A stretch of DNA of 64,000 nt from Octopus sinensis (lineage: Eukaryota), in NCBI RefSeq assembly GCF_006345805.1, contig NC_042999.1, positions 97,774,001-97,838,000 of the forward strand. Reading direction: 5' to 3'. A program made the translations under genes and the position numbers. Below are positions 52,060 to 64,000 of this stretch, in pieces; position 1 is the stretch's first letter, and each line of letters starts with the position of its first letter. The notes below the pieces were generated by a model, which saw nothing but the letters and a program-made list of their open reading frames with translations, made no database searches and had not been told where the DNA came from.

Positions 52060-52915
52060 ATGGATCAAAAGTTTGATACAAATTCGTTGTTACTTTTGAA
52101 TTTCCGAGTACACAAAAAAGTACCAATGAATTTGAATCAAACTGTTTTATCCATACATGTAACTCCAAATAAATTTGTTGAGTGACCTTCTTTCGTTTGT
52201 CCACTCACTCGTGTATATGACTTTGTTTTGCAGTTCTTCTCCCCTATTCGTCGATATTTGTGATGGCTGAAACGAAAGAACAGCGTGCATCCGTGAAATT
52301 CTGGGGAAAACGGCAGCTGAGACAGTTGTCGTGCTTTAAACAGCTTGCAAGTACGCTGTCATAAGTAAAACAGAAGTTTACGAATGCTTTTCACGCTTTA
52401 GGAATGGTCACTTGTTGCTTGAGGACAAGTGACCATTCTAATCGCTTGAAGACACTTGCCACTTGAAGACAACCTTGTTCAGGGCAATCGTTGACCACCG
52501 TACGAATGAAAATTTATAAACTCATCTTGGAGAACTGTCACTGAACAATTGCCGAAATTCTTGATTTGATTGGTGTATCTTGGAGCTCCTGCCAACGAAT
52601 TCTGAGCGCGGAATTGCGAATAAAAAAAGTTGCAGCAAAACTTGCGCCTCGCTTGTTCACAGAGGATCAAAAGTAGTCACGAGTAAGATATATGTCGTGA
52701 ACTGAAAGAACAGTTGGAAGTTAGTTGATCCGGACCTTTTTTCGAAGGTCATCAGTGGTGATGAAAGTCGGTGCAACGTAAATTGCAGATCTGGAAGAGG
52801 CGAAGAAAAAAAGGAGGCGCTAAAAGGCATCATTTTGCAAGAATTCCAGCACTACTTCGAACCGTGAAAAACGCATCTGGAATAAAATTACATTCCAAAA
52901 TTCCGGTTTCCGTGT
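52060..52915 (+). mobile_element. Decayed mariner (second subfamily)
   Basis: MAETKEQRASVKF..GKTAAETVVVL...VYECFSRFRNG, KKVAAKLAPRLFTEDQK, DPDLFSKVISGDES. Confidence 0.82.
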
Positions 52916-53842
52916 GGATGGGGAGGTGAACCATAACATCCAATTTTAAAAATCAAAGCTATAAATTCAAATGTAGAACATATGTATGTATCCTCTTGCC
53001 AGCTGTCTCCCGTAAAAATGGAAGATCTGTTATACAACCGGATTTGCTATTCTGAAGTAATTTATTCTATAGCTTCGGCTTTTTCTGCATTGAAGCAGGA
53101 AACTCTACAGAAGCATATGAATATGTGCTGGTTTCGATGTGTGTGTGGGGGGGTTGTATATGTGTGGGGGGAGTTGTGTGTGTGCGCGTATGTGTGTGTG
53201 CACGCGTATATTTCACGTTTTACTTTTGTAAGCAACAACTATCCGGTACGATTAAAGAAAATCATGCTTGCTGGCTTCTGGTTTACCGGCAAAACGTGTA
53301 ACAAAGTTGTAACTTGTTGCCATCACATTTTGGAGTCTAGTCCTGCTCTCCCTCTCTTTCTCCTCCTCTCTCTCTCTACCTACCTAACTACCTACCTACT
53401 TACCTACCTATGTATCTATTTATCTCTCTGTCTCTCTTTATTTCTCAATATAAATACTTCAAGAATGACTAAATTACCTATTCAAATGAACTGTATTATA
53501 AAATTGTCGTTACTGTATGGATAAATAAAATAACACATACAACTCATTTATTATTAGGAAGAGTAAATTATATATATATAATAATACTGTAAATGTGTCT
53601 CCTGAGAAATAGTAAAAGTAATTACCCAATCAACGACGAGTATTACTGCTAGTAATATTTATATATGTATGTATGTATACACACACACACACACACACAT
53701 ACAGTGTTTCCTGGCGTAGATCCAGTGAAAATTATATCATTACTGTGGATGACATCAGGTAGTCCAAATGTGAATATGCTTATCGACATACTAATAGACA
53801 TACCCAAAGTCCAAATAGTTACAAATATATATATATATATTA

Positions 53843-53902
<60 letters not shown>

Positions 53903-53999
53903 ATCCAAGCATGAAAACACAAAGAGAAAAAACACAACAACGCGAGGACGTGGAACAAAATAGTATTATTGGACGCTCAGGAAGGAGGAAAGAAGGAGG

Positions 54000-54034
54000 G
54001 TTTAACGTTTCGAGCAGAGCTCTTCGTCAGAAAC
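54000..54034 (-). ncRNA. Minimal type I hammerhead ribozyme motif in a roughly 210-bp repeat (53897-54105)
   Basis: GTTT-CTGACGA-A-GAGC(TCT)GCTC-GAAA-CG-TT-AAAC: complete CUGANGA and GAAA core, stem I GTTT/AAAC, palindromic ACGT stem III. Confidence 0.75.
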
Positions 54035-54636
54035 ATAGGTATAGGAAAGATCCAAAGACAGAGGAAAAAAATCGCCAATGGTACACACGCGGTCACATTT
54101 TGGAGAAAATTTTGTCGTGTTTTTCAATTTTACTTCAGTATTGTTTATATATATATGCCTGTACATATCATACTTCTATTCCTGTATTCTTGCATTTATA
54201 TCTATATCTATATACATTTGTGTTTGTGTTTAAGCACACACATATAAATAAATATATAAATAAATAAGTATACCTATATGTTTATTCAGCGATAAATATA
54301 TGTTGATATAGAACGTTATATCAACAGAGTGGTATGTAAAAAACGATATCAGGAGATGTATTAGATAGGGTGGCGTGTCTATGAATGATTAATGTTTGTG
54401 AATGCGTGCGTAAACAGTTTTCTACACATATCTAAATGTAAATCAATCTATAATTGAAATTATATATATTTATGTGTATATCTATGTAATTTCTTTAGTT
54501 TTCATAAACCATTGCGGACAAAACAACGCTAGAGCACTGCCTTCATGCAATCTTTTCGGGTTAGGTTGGAGTGTGGATAAGAAGCTCACAGACATAGTTG
54601 ATGTCATAAAGAGATTCAGCATGGTTTCTTTATCAT

Positions 54637-54674
<38 letters not shown>

Positions 54675-54864
54675 GTGTGTGTGTGTGTGTGTGTGTTATG
54701 TATGTATGTATAGTCGTGTGATTTTAATTTTCTTATACTTCCCTCCAATATAAAAACAACAGATTTCTAACTCATTGGAATTTATGAATTTATGCGAGCT
54801 AGATATGTTAGTAAGATATGCATGTATGTATGTAAGTAAGTATGTATGTATGTATGTATGTATG

Positions 54865-54895
<31 letters not shown>

Positions 54896-55138
54896 CTATG
54901 TATGTATGTATGTATGTATGTATGTATGTATGTATGTATTATGTATGTATGTATTATGTATGTATTATGTATGTATGCATGTAAGTATGTATTTATGTAT
55001 GTATGTATTATATATGCACGTATTATGTATGCATGTATTATGTATGCATGTATGTATGCATGTATGTATTATGTATTATGAATTATGTATGTATGTATGT
55101 ATGTATGTATTATGTATGTATGCATGTATGTATGGATG

Positions 55139-55169
<31 letters not shown>

Positions 55170-55170
55170 G

Positions 55171-55233
<63 letters not shown>

Positions 55234-55810
55234 GTAGGTAGCTAGGTATGTATGTATGTGTTTTTGTAAGTATGTATGTTTGTATGTATGTATGTGTTTG
55301 TATGTATGTGTTTGAATGTATGTGTATCTGTATGTATGTATGTATGTGTGTATGTATGTATGTATGTATGTATATACGTATGTCTTTGTATGAGTTGAAG
55401 TATTTTAATATTTCGCAGAATGATCGGTAACAAAGGGAAAATGTTTGCGGGTGAGATTTCCTGTGAAAAAATTTGAAGGGATTTGTTAAACTGAGAAACT
55501 TAAGCAAACGTGTGAATAGAGTTGCACTTGTGTATTGAAACGTACACATTGCCTGTTCAGTGCACATGTTTGCGTATGTGTATTTGATTACTCTTTATTA
55601 CGTATTCTATAGTCACGTGTGATTATGTATGCATATTACATTCAATGAATATGAAGTTTTATCACGGTATAACCATGCATGACTTTGTGCTGATAAACAG
55701 AAACCGTTTCCTCAGAAGTTTCATTGCGATAGATCCGTGCGAATCCTTGGTCATATGCTAGAGAATACTTACCGAGAATCTACTATCAATTCTAGTGATA
55801 CTATTTGCCT

Positions 55811-55858
<48 letters not shown>

Positions 55859-55867
55859 ACATATATA

Positions 55868-55917
<50 letters not shown>

Positions 55918-56370
55918 TATATATATATAATACTGTTGTCTGGGGAGAGTCATTCACTTTTAGTGCAATATTTAACGCACTCACCGGTAAAATTTCCACT
56001 TGCTTTTTTTCTTTTTTCTAAAATTTTCGTTGCGTCTTGCAACCTTTTCGATAGTTTTGACTCTATCCGTTATTCACACTGCGTTCTTTTTGTTTGCTTG
56101 TGCGCATGTGTGTGGGTTAGTGTGTGTGTGTGTATGTGTGTGTGTGTTTTGCAACTATGTACCGTGTTTGTATGTATGGATGTGCATCTCTATATGTGTG
56201 GATCTGTGTCTTCATGTGTCCTTGTGTGAAGTAAAGTGAGTGTGTACATATGGTCATGTGTTTCAGTCTCCATTTGTGTATGTGTGCTTATCTGTTCATA
56301 TAACCTATGTACCTGTCCGTCTGTATGTTGATCTGTTTATTTTCATATCCATATACTTACATACATGTGC

Positions 56371-56421
<51 letters not shown>

Positions 56422-56459
56422 CATACAAACCCACACACACATACACATACACACATCAA

Positions 56460-57380
56460 TGTCCCAAGCTTTGGTATCCATTCCAGTTTTAAGCTTTGCT
56501 TCAGCTTATCCTTGTATCGACGGAGGGGACAGCCACGGAGTTTTCTTCCGGGGGAAAGTTCATCATATAAAATTTGACGCGGCCGCCTGGTTTCTTTCAT
56601 TCTTGCTATGTGGCCCGCCCATCTCAGACGATGTTTCATGAAGGTAGCCTCGATGCCACTGCTTTTCGTTCTCACCATTTAATATTCATAATAGAACGGA
56701 GCTTCTGTTGGTGAAATCGCTCTAGTTTTGTGACGTCACTTCGGTTAAGAGTCCAGGTTTCACAGCCGTAGAGGAGAGTGGAGATCACGACTGCTTGGCA
56801 GACACTTAATTTTGTTTTGTGGTTCAGATCTTTGTTCTAAAACCCCTCTTCGCGAGTCGCGTGGGCAGCCGAAACGTTGTGGGGCCTTCCACTTTGTAGT
56901 CCTTGGCACGGTATCAAAGGCCTTTTCGAGGTTGTATAAAACAAAATAGAGACGTTTTGTTGTTCTCTACTCTTTTCTTGCATTCGTCGAGCACAAAAGA
57001 TCACGTCAGTTATCCCTCGGGATGGTCGAAATCCACATTGTAATTCGGGCAGGACTTCCTCTGCGATAGTTTAGAGACGATCCAGAAGGAGTCTTGCAAA
57101 AATTTTCCCTGCAGTGGAGAGCAGTGAGATGCCACGATAGTTCCCACAGATCGTTCTATCTCTTTTTTTTTTTTAAATGGTGATAATAACAGCATCTTAG
57201 AAGTCTTTAGGGACATGGCAGTTTTTCCACATTCGGAGAATCAATGTGAACAGACTGGTGTTTAATAGTCGACTATGTTTTAGAAGTTCCACTGGGATGT
57301 TGTCTGGGCCAGGACCATTAGTAGATGTGATGAAACTGGTTTGTAAATCTTTGTGAATTTTGGGGTGGGGCGGGATACTG
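56460..57380 (-). mobile_element. RTE-clade LINE RT fragments
   Basis: GPGPDNIPVELLK; TKLSVCQAVVISTLLYGCETWT; HRLRWAGHIARMKETRRPRQILYDELSPGRKLRGCPLRRYKDKLK. Confidence 0.88.
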
Positions 57381-58155
57381 TGAAACCCTAGATCTCGCCT
57401 GATTGAGTATGATCTATGTCATTCGATCAGTAACCATCATCATCAGGAACTGCATTGTTAGTGTTTTTTTTGTTTGTTTGTTTGTTTTTAGATTGTAGAA
57501 TGTATTTGAGGGAATTGGACTCTTGTTTCCAGTAGGTTGAGCGATTAATTACAGGCTATATCATGTAAAGAATCTATATGTCTCTATATAAGCTGTTCAA
57601 CTATTGGTTCATCCATTTTTCACTTACGAGAGGGAAGCTGTAAAAATGATTTGGGTTTTTTTTTCCTCTCTCAGACGTATAATCATAAGTAACTCAAGAT
57701 ATCATATTGATCATTCATTGAATATTTAATATTTCTCACTGGTTCCATGTCTACGGACAAACTTGATCCTGTAGTTGTATACTTACAACATGAAATTACA
57801 GAAAAATAAATATTCAATTAATTGATAATATAATATTCTCCAAGCTGACGTCTTTAGTTTAAATCAGAAATCAGATAGGAAGAGACGAAAAGAAGAGAGA
57901 AGAAAGGGGAAAAAATAATGTAGTATCACACAGTTTTAGAATAGAAACATAATTTAGCGATAGTTCCTATCTTTTCTCTGCAAAAACAGACAAGAATTCA
58001 TCCTAACACATGCACATTATCATGAATGTGAGCACCGATTCGTCCTACTGAGCGAGCAGACATTTTAGAGATGTGTTATGAAAAATGCTATGTGTAGCAT
58101 GCACGGATTTTATTCATTTATGTGTCAGTACATTGTTTGGCAGTGTATATATAAT

Positions 58156-58255
58156 NNNNNNNNNNNNNNNNNNNNNNNNNNNNNNNNNNNNNNNNNNNNN
58201 NNNNNNNNNNNNNNNNNNNNNNNNNNNNNNNNNNNNNNNNNNNNNNNNNNNNNNN
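58156..58255. other. Assembly gap (100 N)
   Basis: Run of exactly 100 N, a standard placeholder for a gap of unknown size. Confidence 0.99.
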
Positions 58256-58543
58256 TGCATGCATGCATGTATGTATGTATATCGCCGCATAAACATGTAT
58301 ATTATAAACATTATAATTATAACATTATAAACATTATCATTAAAATTATAAACTGATTAGGATTAGTGGTTAGCAGATTCATATTAACTGACTTGCAGTA
58401 TTTGGTTACATCTCTTTATGTTTCAGTGGGATTGACTTTGCTTTTCCTCTTTCCAAGGTCGATAACTCAAGAACTACGGTCACACCAACCATCTCTACCG
58501 CTCTCTCGCTCTCTCTCTCTCTTTCCCGAAATATGCCGCCAAA

Positions 58544-58607
<64 letters not shown>

Positions 58608-58679
58608 ATACATACATTCATGGGTATACATATATGATTCACTTCGCACTGTTTTGGCCTTACCCACGATCCTTTATAC

Positions 58680-58711
<32 letters not shown>

Positions 58712-58744
58712 TGTATGTATGTATATACATATATATATATATAT

Positions 58745-58779
<35 letters not shown>

Positions 58780-59110
58780 TACTCCTTCGTAACACAGTGT
58801 AGGTAAAAATACACCGGAGTCTTTAGTTATCTGTCAAGTCACAACAAGGACCTCAGTCAGATAGTACTTTCCTTAAGATGTGCGCTGTGCCCAATAAAGC
58901 TGCTTTTTGCCATCCATCAATCTTGCAAGGGATTTCCAGTTGCGTTAAGAAGTTTTGGAGTTTCAATGGGATTGAGCCCAGCGCTCCGATCACCACTGGT
59001 ATCACTTTTACATTACCCTCTCGTATTCTATACAGTCTTGCCATTTCCACTTGGTGATTTTTCAACCTCTTTACTCACAACATTTATGTCATTTGGTATG
59101 GCTACATCAA
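58780..59110 (-). mobile_element. R4/Dong-clade LINE 3' end
   Basis: EMARLYRIREGNVKVIPVVIGALGSIP...WQKAALLGTAHILRKVLSD*. Confidence 0.85.
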
Positions 59111-59130
59111 TTATTATTATTATTATTATT

Positions 59131-59434
59131 CAGTAGTTTTATTTTTATTTTTATAGCGTGCTTTCACTTCACTACCGAGCGCAGCTCTGTGTGCCTTGGG
59201 TATGTGCTGTGATTTGTTGTGATGCTCTGATGGTTATTGTATGGAAAGTGTTCTGCGTAGGATGTGTGCAGTGCCTAGTAGTGCAATTTTCTGTATGTTA
59301 TATGTGTTTGTAAGTCCTGGTGTTTTTGTTATGTATTTGTCTGAATATTTTTTTATCATGCCTAATGCACCTACTATGATAGGAATTGTTTCTGTTTTCA
59401 GATTCCACATTCTAGTTACCTCTATTTCCAGGTC
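59131..59434 (-). mobile_element. R4/Dong-clade LINE 3' end inside (TAA)n
   Basis: DLEIEVTRMWNLKTETIPIIVGALGMIKK...IQKIALLGTAHILRRTLSIQ*; (TTA)n on both sides (59111-59130 and 59435-59475). Confidence 0.9.
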
Positions 59435-59475
<41 letters not shown>

Positions 59476-60277
59476 TATATACTCCGCTGGTAACAGAGAC
59501 CAATTTATTCTAACGGATGTATTCTGTTACAATGTCGTGAGGAAAACGATATCAAAATGATATCTTTTTATCACGACATTGAAACATAACACCCGAAACA
59601 GGTTTTATACTTACTATCGTCAGAGATATACTAGTTTTACCTCACTAAAGCATGTTTGACAAAGAATCGGATCTCTCCTTCTCCCTTCTCTCTTTCTGCA
59701 AATTTCTCTCTCCGTCTCTTGCCTTCTCTCCCTCCTCCTCTCTCTCTCTCTCTCTCTTCACTCTCCTTGAAAACAGCCGCGTCTATATTTTGTATTGAAT
59801 ATTTTGTTCCTTTTTAGGTTATATTATTTTGTGGCAGTAACAGCTTGTAATAGTGGTAATGATAGTGGTAACGGCGGAGTATTGTAGTACTGGTAGTGTA
59901 GTTTTTATGGTGGCAGTGATGATGATGTGGTATTACTAATGGTCATAGTGATGATGGTGGTGATTGTGGTGGTATCGATAGTTGTAGCTGTCGTGGAGCT
60001 GATGGAGGTAGGTAGCATTTGACGACTAAACAACTGCTGCGTCTTTTTAACAACTGGTGGACCCGGTATCTGTCAAGCTGTAAGACAATCTGCCCTACTT
60101 CTGCACTTCAACAACAAAAGACAGAAAAGAAACAATATTGAATCAATTTAGAAACCATATCGGAAATAAACTTCATGTTTTTTTAGAAATATAAGTACTG
60201 TTGTCATTGTTGTTGTTGTCGTCGTCGTCGTGACGGCGGCGGCGGCGGCGGTGGTAGTGGTTGTTGCTTGCGAGCAT

Positions 60278-61005
60278 ACAGAATCGTTTATATGACGAAC
60301 AAAATGCTTTGCGACACTTGGTCTGTCTTTACGTACCGAGTTCGAATTCCGCCGCAGTCGACTTCGCATTTTAGGCTTTAAGGTGGATAAATTGAGTAGC
60401 AGTTGAGCACTGGGCTCTATTCAACCGATTATTCCTTAATTTATCGACCCCGAAAGGATGAAAAGCAAAGTCGACCTCGGCGGAATTTGAACTCAGAACG
60501 TAGCGGCAGACGAAATACCTATTTATATACAAGTCCTTTGTATATATATATACAAAGGACTAAACACACAGAGAACAAACAAGGACAGACAGACGGATTA
60601 AGTCGATTACATCGACCCCAGTGCGTAACTGGTACTTATTTAATCGACCCCGAAAGGATGAAAGGCTAAGTCGACCTCGGTGGAATTTGAACTCAGAACG
60701 TAACGGCAGACGAAATACGGCTACGCATTTCGCCCGGCGTGCTAACGTTTCTGCCAGCTCGCCACCTTTAAAGCAGTCATTATTATCATGATTCCCATGA
60801 AGTACTGTGACTTAACAAAACTGCTAGAGCGTAAACGAAAAGGCCTTACGGTATTTGTTCCGCCTCTTTAGTTTCTGAGCTCAAATCTCATTCAAGCCAA
60901 CCTTGCTTTTTATCTTTCTGGAGTCGATAAAATAAAGTAATGTTTAAATATTAAAGTGGTTATATAATCGACAGTTTCCTTCCTCCATATTGTCCTGCCT
61001 TGTTT
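60278..61005. mobile_element. SINE family A cluster (+ 60278-60425; minus dimer 60435-60770; + 60815-61005)
   Basis: Direct alignment to the other family A copies. Confidence 0.82.
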
Positions 61006-61211
61006 CAATGAAAAAAATTTTGGCATTAGTTTTGCTGCTGCTGATGAGAGTGATTGCAGTATATATCGATTTTGATGGGCGCCAAGTTCATTCAACGGCG
61101 TGGCGGACGCGCCATGTCTGTCATGACGTGAAAGATGAAAGGCAGTGCACATGAACTCTATAGATAGATAGATAGATAGTTAGATAGATAGACACACATA
61201 CATACATGGAT

Positions 61212-61253
<42 letters not shown>

Positions 61254-61292
61254 ATATTATATATAATATATAATATATATATATATATATAT

Positions 61293-61565
61293 ATCTTCTC
61301 TATATATAAAACTGAAAATGTGTGTCTGTCTGTGTGAATCCCTAAAACTTGAGAACTACACAACCAATTTCATTCAAATTTTACACATGCCTTACTTAGG
61401 GTCCATGTAGTGTCATGGGTAAAAAAAAACTTCTAACATCTTGCTTAGGGCGAGTCCACAACAATATCATATCTTCTCCACTATTTCAGTATTACGTGTT
61501 AAAAGTGAAACAAAAACATCTCTCTATTGTAATGTCAGATACTTTCACATTAATACTGAAACTAT
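61293..61565 (+). mobile_element. Non-autonomous Helitron-like element, 5' part
   Basis: TCTTCTCTATATATAAAACTGAAAATGTGTGTCTGTCTGTGTG...CAACCAATTTCATTCAAATTTTACACA. Confidence 0.5.
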
Positions 61566-61976
61566 TTTATAAGAGGGATGAACCATTAACAGTGGACATC
61601 CATTTTGCTAGAAGAAGATCTGCTATGGTCTTGTATGCTACACGACTGGTTTTCAATTCATATTAATCAAATCAATATTCAATTGCTCACCCTTATTATT
61701 TTGAATTTAAATTTAAACCTAGGACCATGTGTTTTGGAACGAAGTTTGTTACCACACAGCCACACCTGCACCTATGTATGTGTGTGTGTATGTGTGTATA
61801 GCTGTATATGTATACATCTATATACATATACATCTATAAATATAGATGTATATGTATATATATATATGTGTAGATGTATATATATAGAGAGAGAGATGTA
61901 CATGTAATATGTACACATATATATTCACATATATACATGCATACATATATACACCCATACACACATACACACACAC

Positions 61977-62090
61977 AGGTGCAGGTGTGGGTGTGTGGTA
62001 ACAAACTTCGTTCCAAAACACATGGTCTCAGTTCAGTGTGTGTGTGAGTGTGTGTGTATCTACATACATACATACACACACACACACACG

Positions 62091-62130
<40 letters not shown>

Positions 62131-62188
62131 ATATAATATATATATTATATATATATATATAACATATATATATATATACTTATATACT

Positions 62189-62230
<42 letters not shown>

Positions 62231-62460
62231 GAGAGAGAGGAGAGAGAGAAGGAGAGAGAGAGAGAGAGATTTCGTAGGCAGAAACTTAAAAAGAAATCAA
62301 TCGTATGTATATGTATGTATAAATTTAAGTGTATGTGTGTGACTTTGTTTCTGTGTTTCACCCTCATCACTGCTTCACAACTGCTGTTCGTTTATTTACA
62401 ACCCCATAACTTATTCATTTCACAATAAGAAACTAATAGAATAAGTACCAGGCTTATCAA
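61977..62460 (+). mobile_element. Old SINE family B copy with expanded internal microsatellite
   Basis: Head AGGTGCAGGTGTGGGTGTGTGGTAAC at 61977; 3' part (CCCCATAACTTA...TAGAATAAGTACCAGGCTT) at 62270-62456. Confidence 0.65.
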
Positions 62461-62638
62461 CATAAAAAAAGCACTACGCTGTGTCTCATATTTTTGTTGG
62501 CCCACGCAGTTGTATTTATCAATTTATCTTTGTGTGTGTGTGTATATATATATATATATAATACACACACACGCACGCACACACATACACACACACACAC
62601 AAACAAACACACACACACACACCAACACACCACACACC

Positions 62639-62701
<63 letters not shown>

Positions 62702-62754
62702 TATATACATGTATGTATATGTGTACATTCAATGTATTATATCAAAGACAATGT

Positions 62755-63360
62755 CTTTATGTGTTCGTGTATTACTTATACATTTGAAAACTGCTGCACC
62801 GATCATAATGAAATTTGAAACACAAAATCGAAGCCCAGGGAGAAGGGTAATGCTGTGTGTTTCATACAATTTCGTGGACCAAAATTTCTGAATGGATCCT
62901 TATGATATTTGAAACTTAGATTCAATGCATAAGGGCGGGTATAATGCAATATGTTTGCTTTGAATATCGGATGGCTTAAATGGGGCAGAACCCCCCCCCC
63001 CATGAAAATTCATAAATTTTCGATGTTGATGAAATTTCAACCATGGGTATCAAGAAGTATTCTCAAAGTTTCCACTTCACATGAGAATTCTAAGACACCG
63101 TAATGGGAACCTTAACTCCCAAATTTTAGTAATTTCTTTTATGATCCAAAACTAAGTCAAAAGTACAGAATGGATCTTTCCGAAATTTGGAAATTATATT
63201 CTATGCATAAGGGACACAACCCCCATGACAATTCATATATTTTTGCTGTTGATGAAATTTTAACCATAGATATTAGATACAAATGAAGTAATATTTATAA
63301 AATTTCATCTTCTTACAAATTAGAAAGACCTCTTCATAGGGACTTAATACCCACAATTTT
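62755..63360 (+). mobile_element. Helentron/HINE-like element with internal direct repeats of about 225 bp
   Basis: AAAACTGCTGCACCGATCATAATGAAATTTG; CCCCATGA(A/C)AATTCATA...GTTGATGAAATTT(C/T)AACCAT repeated at about 62998 and 63221. Confidence 0.5.
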
Positions 63361-64000
63361 GTCATTTTATCTCAGCAAAGACAAATAGTTGTACTCTTGG
63401 AATATGTGGGTCATCCGAGAATAGAAGATGAGCATTATTTGTAATTCAATGGTACAACAGTGTAAGAGTTTACTTTGACATACACTTAGATTGTGATTTC
63501 TGCAATGTGCTACATAAATTGTCAAGTAAATGAGAGGCATTTTTGCCTCCACTGATTCAGTTGCAAAGTGTTGTGTAAAGCTATTTGATTTCAGATCTCC
63601 TTTCAGCCTTTCTATTATCACGAGGTTACACATAGTCTCCTGATGGTAACATTGATTTCAAGGCCTTCCCAGATGAGTGACTGGTTATTCAAAGACATTT
63701 ATAGATTGTAAATTTATTCTGCCCAGTTACATATCAGTATAGTGGTCATTTGCAAACTCCAACTTTCATTTCTCCTTAGCCCTCACATCACACAGTTTTT
63801 AATGTTATTTCAGTTGGGTCACGCCCTTCCAATTGCTATAGATTCGTAATGCATCTTACGGCTGTGCCTGTCACCTGGATGGTGAGGATCCTACATTGGG
63901 AGTGGTAACGACTAGGGTAGGGTAACTGACTGATTATTGGGATCATTCGTCTTTTGGTTTCCTGTAGCTTTGCTCTCTTTTACAAACCCAGTGAACATAT

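Noticed and set aside
63370-64000. Complex sequence at the window end, possibly an exon or LINE 5' region
   Set aside because: No recognisable motif in the frames inspected; left unclassified.

Overview
AT-rich eukaryotic (metazoan) non-coding DNA, saturated with microsatellites ((TA)n, (CA)n, (GA)n, (TATG)n, (GATA)n, (TAA)n and trinucleotide mosaics) and decayed transposable elements. The repeat content suggests a coleoid cephalopod such as Octopus; this is an inference from recalled repeat families, not verified. I find no supportable host protein-coding exon, intact tRNA/rRNA or CRISPR array, and almost all ORF-track entries are microsatellite artefacts. Recognisable elements are CR1, Tx1/L1, R4/Dong (RLE), RTE and Penelope retroelement fragments; mariner, pogo and Tc1 remnants; several MITEs; Helitron/Helentron-type elements; and at least three tRNA-derived SINE families. 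The most interesting signals are: (1) a Penelope terminal segment combining a tRNA-like Pol III head with a hammerhead-ribozyme core, plus further short hammerhead-bearing elements; (2) a SINE whose tail is 38/42 identical to the 3' end of a local Tx1-like LINE and which occurs three times as a dimer with the same junction; (3) LINE families partitioned among different microsatellite targets; (4) a duplicated non-coding module with an invariant 21-mer and octamer-like sites. All coordinates were read by eye; boundaries of decayed elements are approximate.
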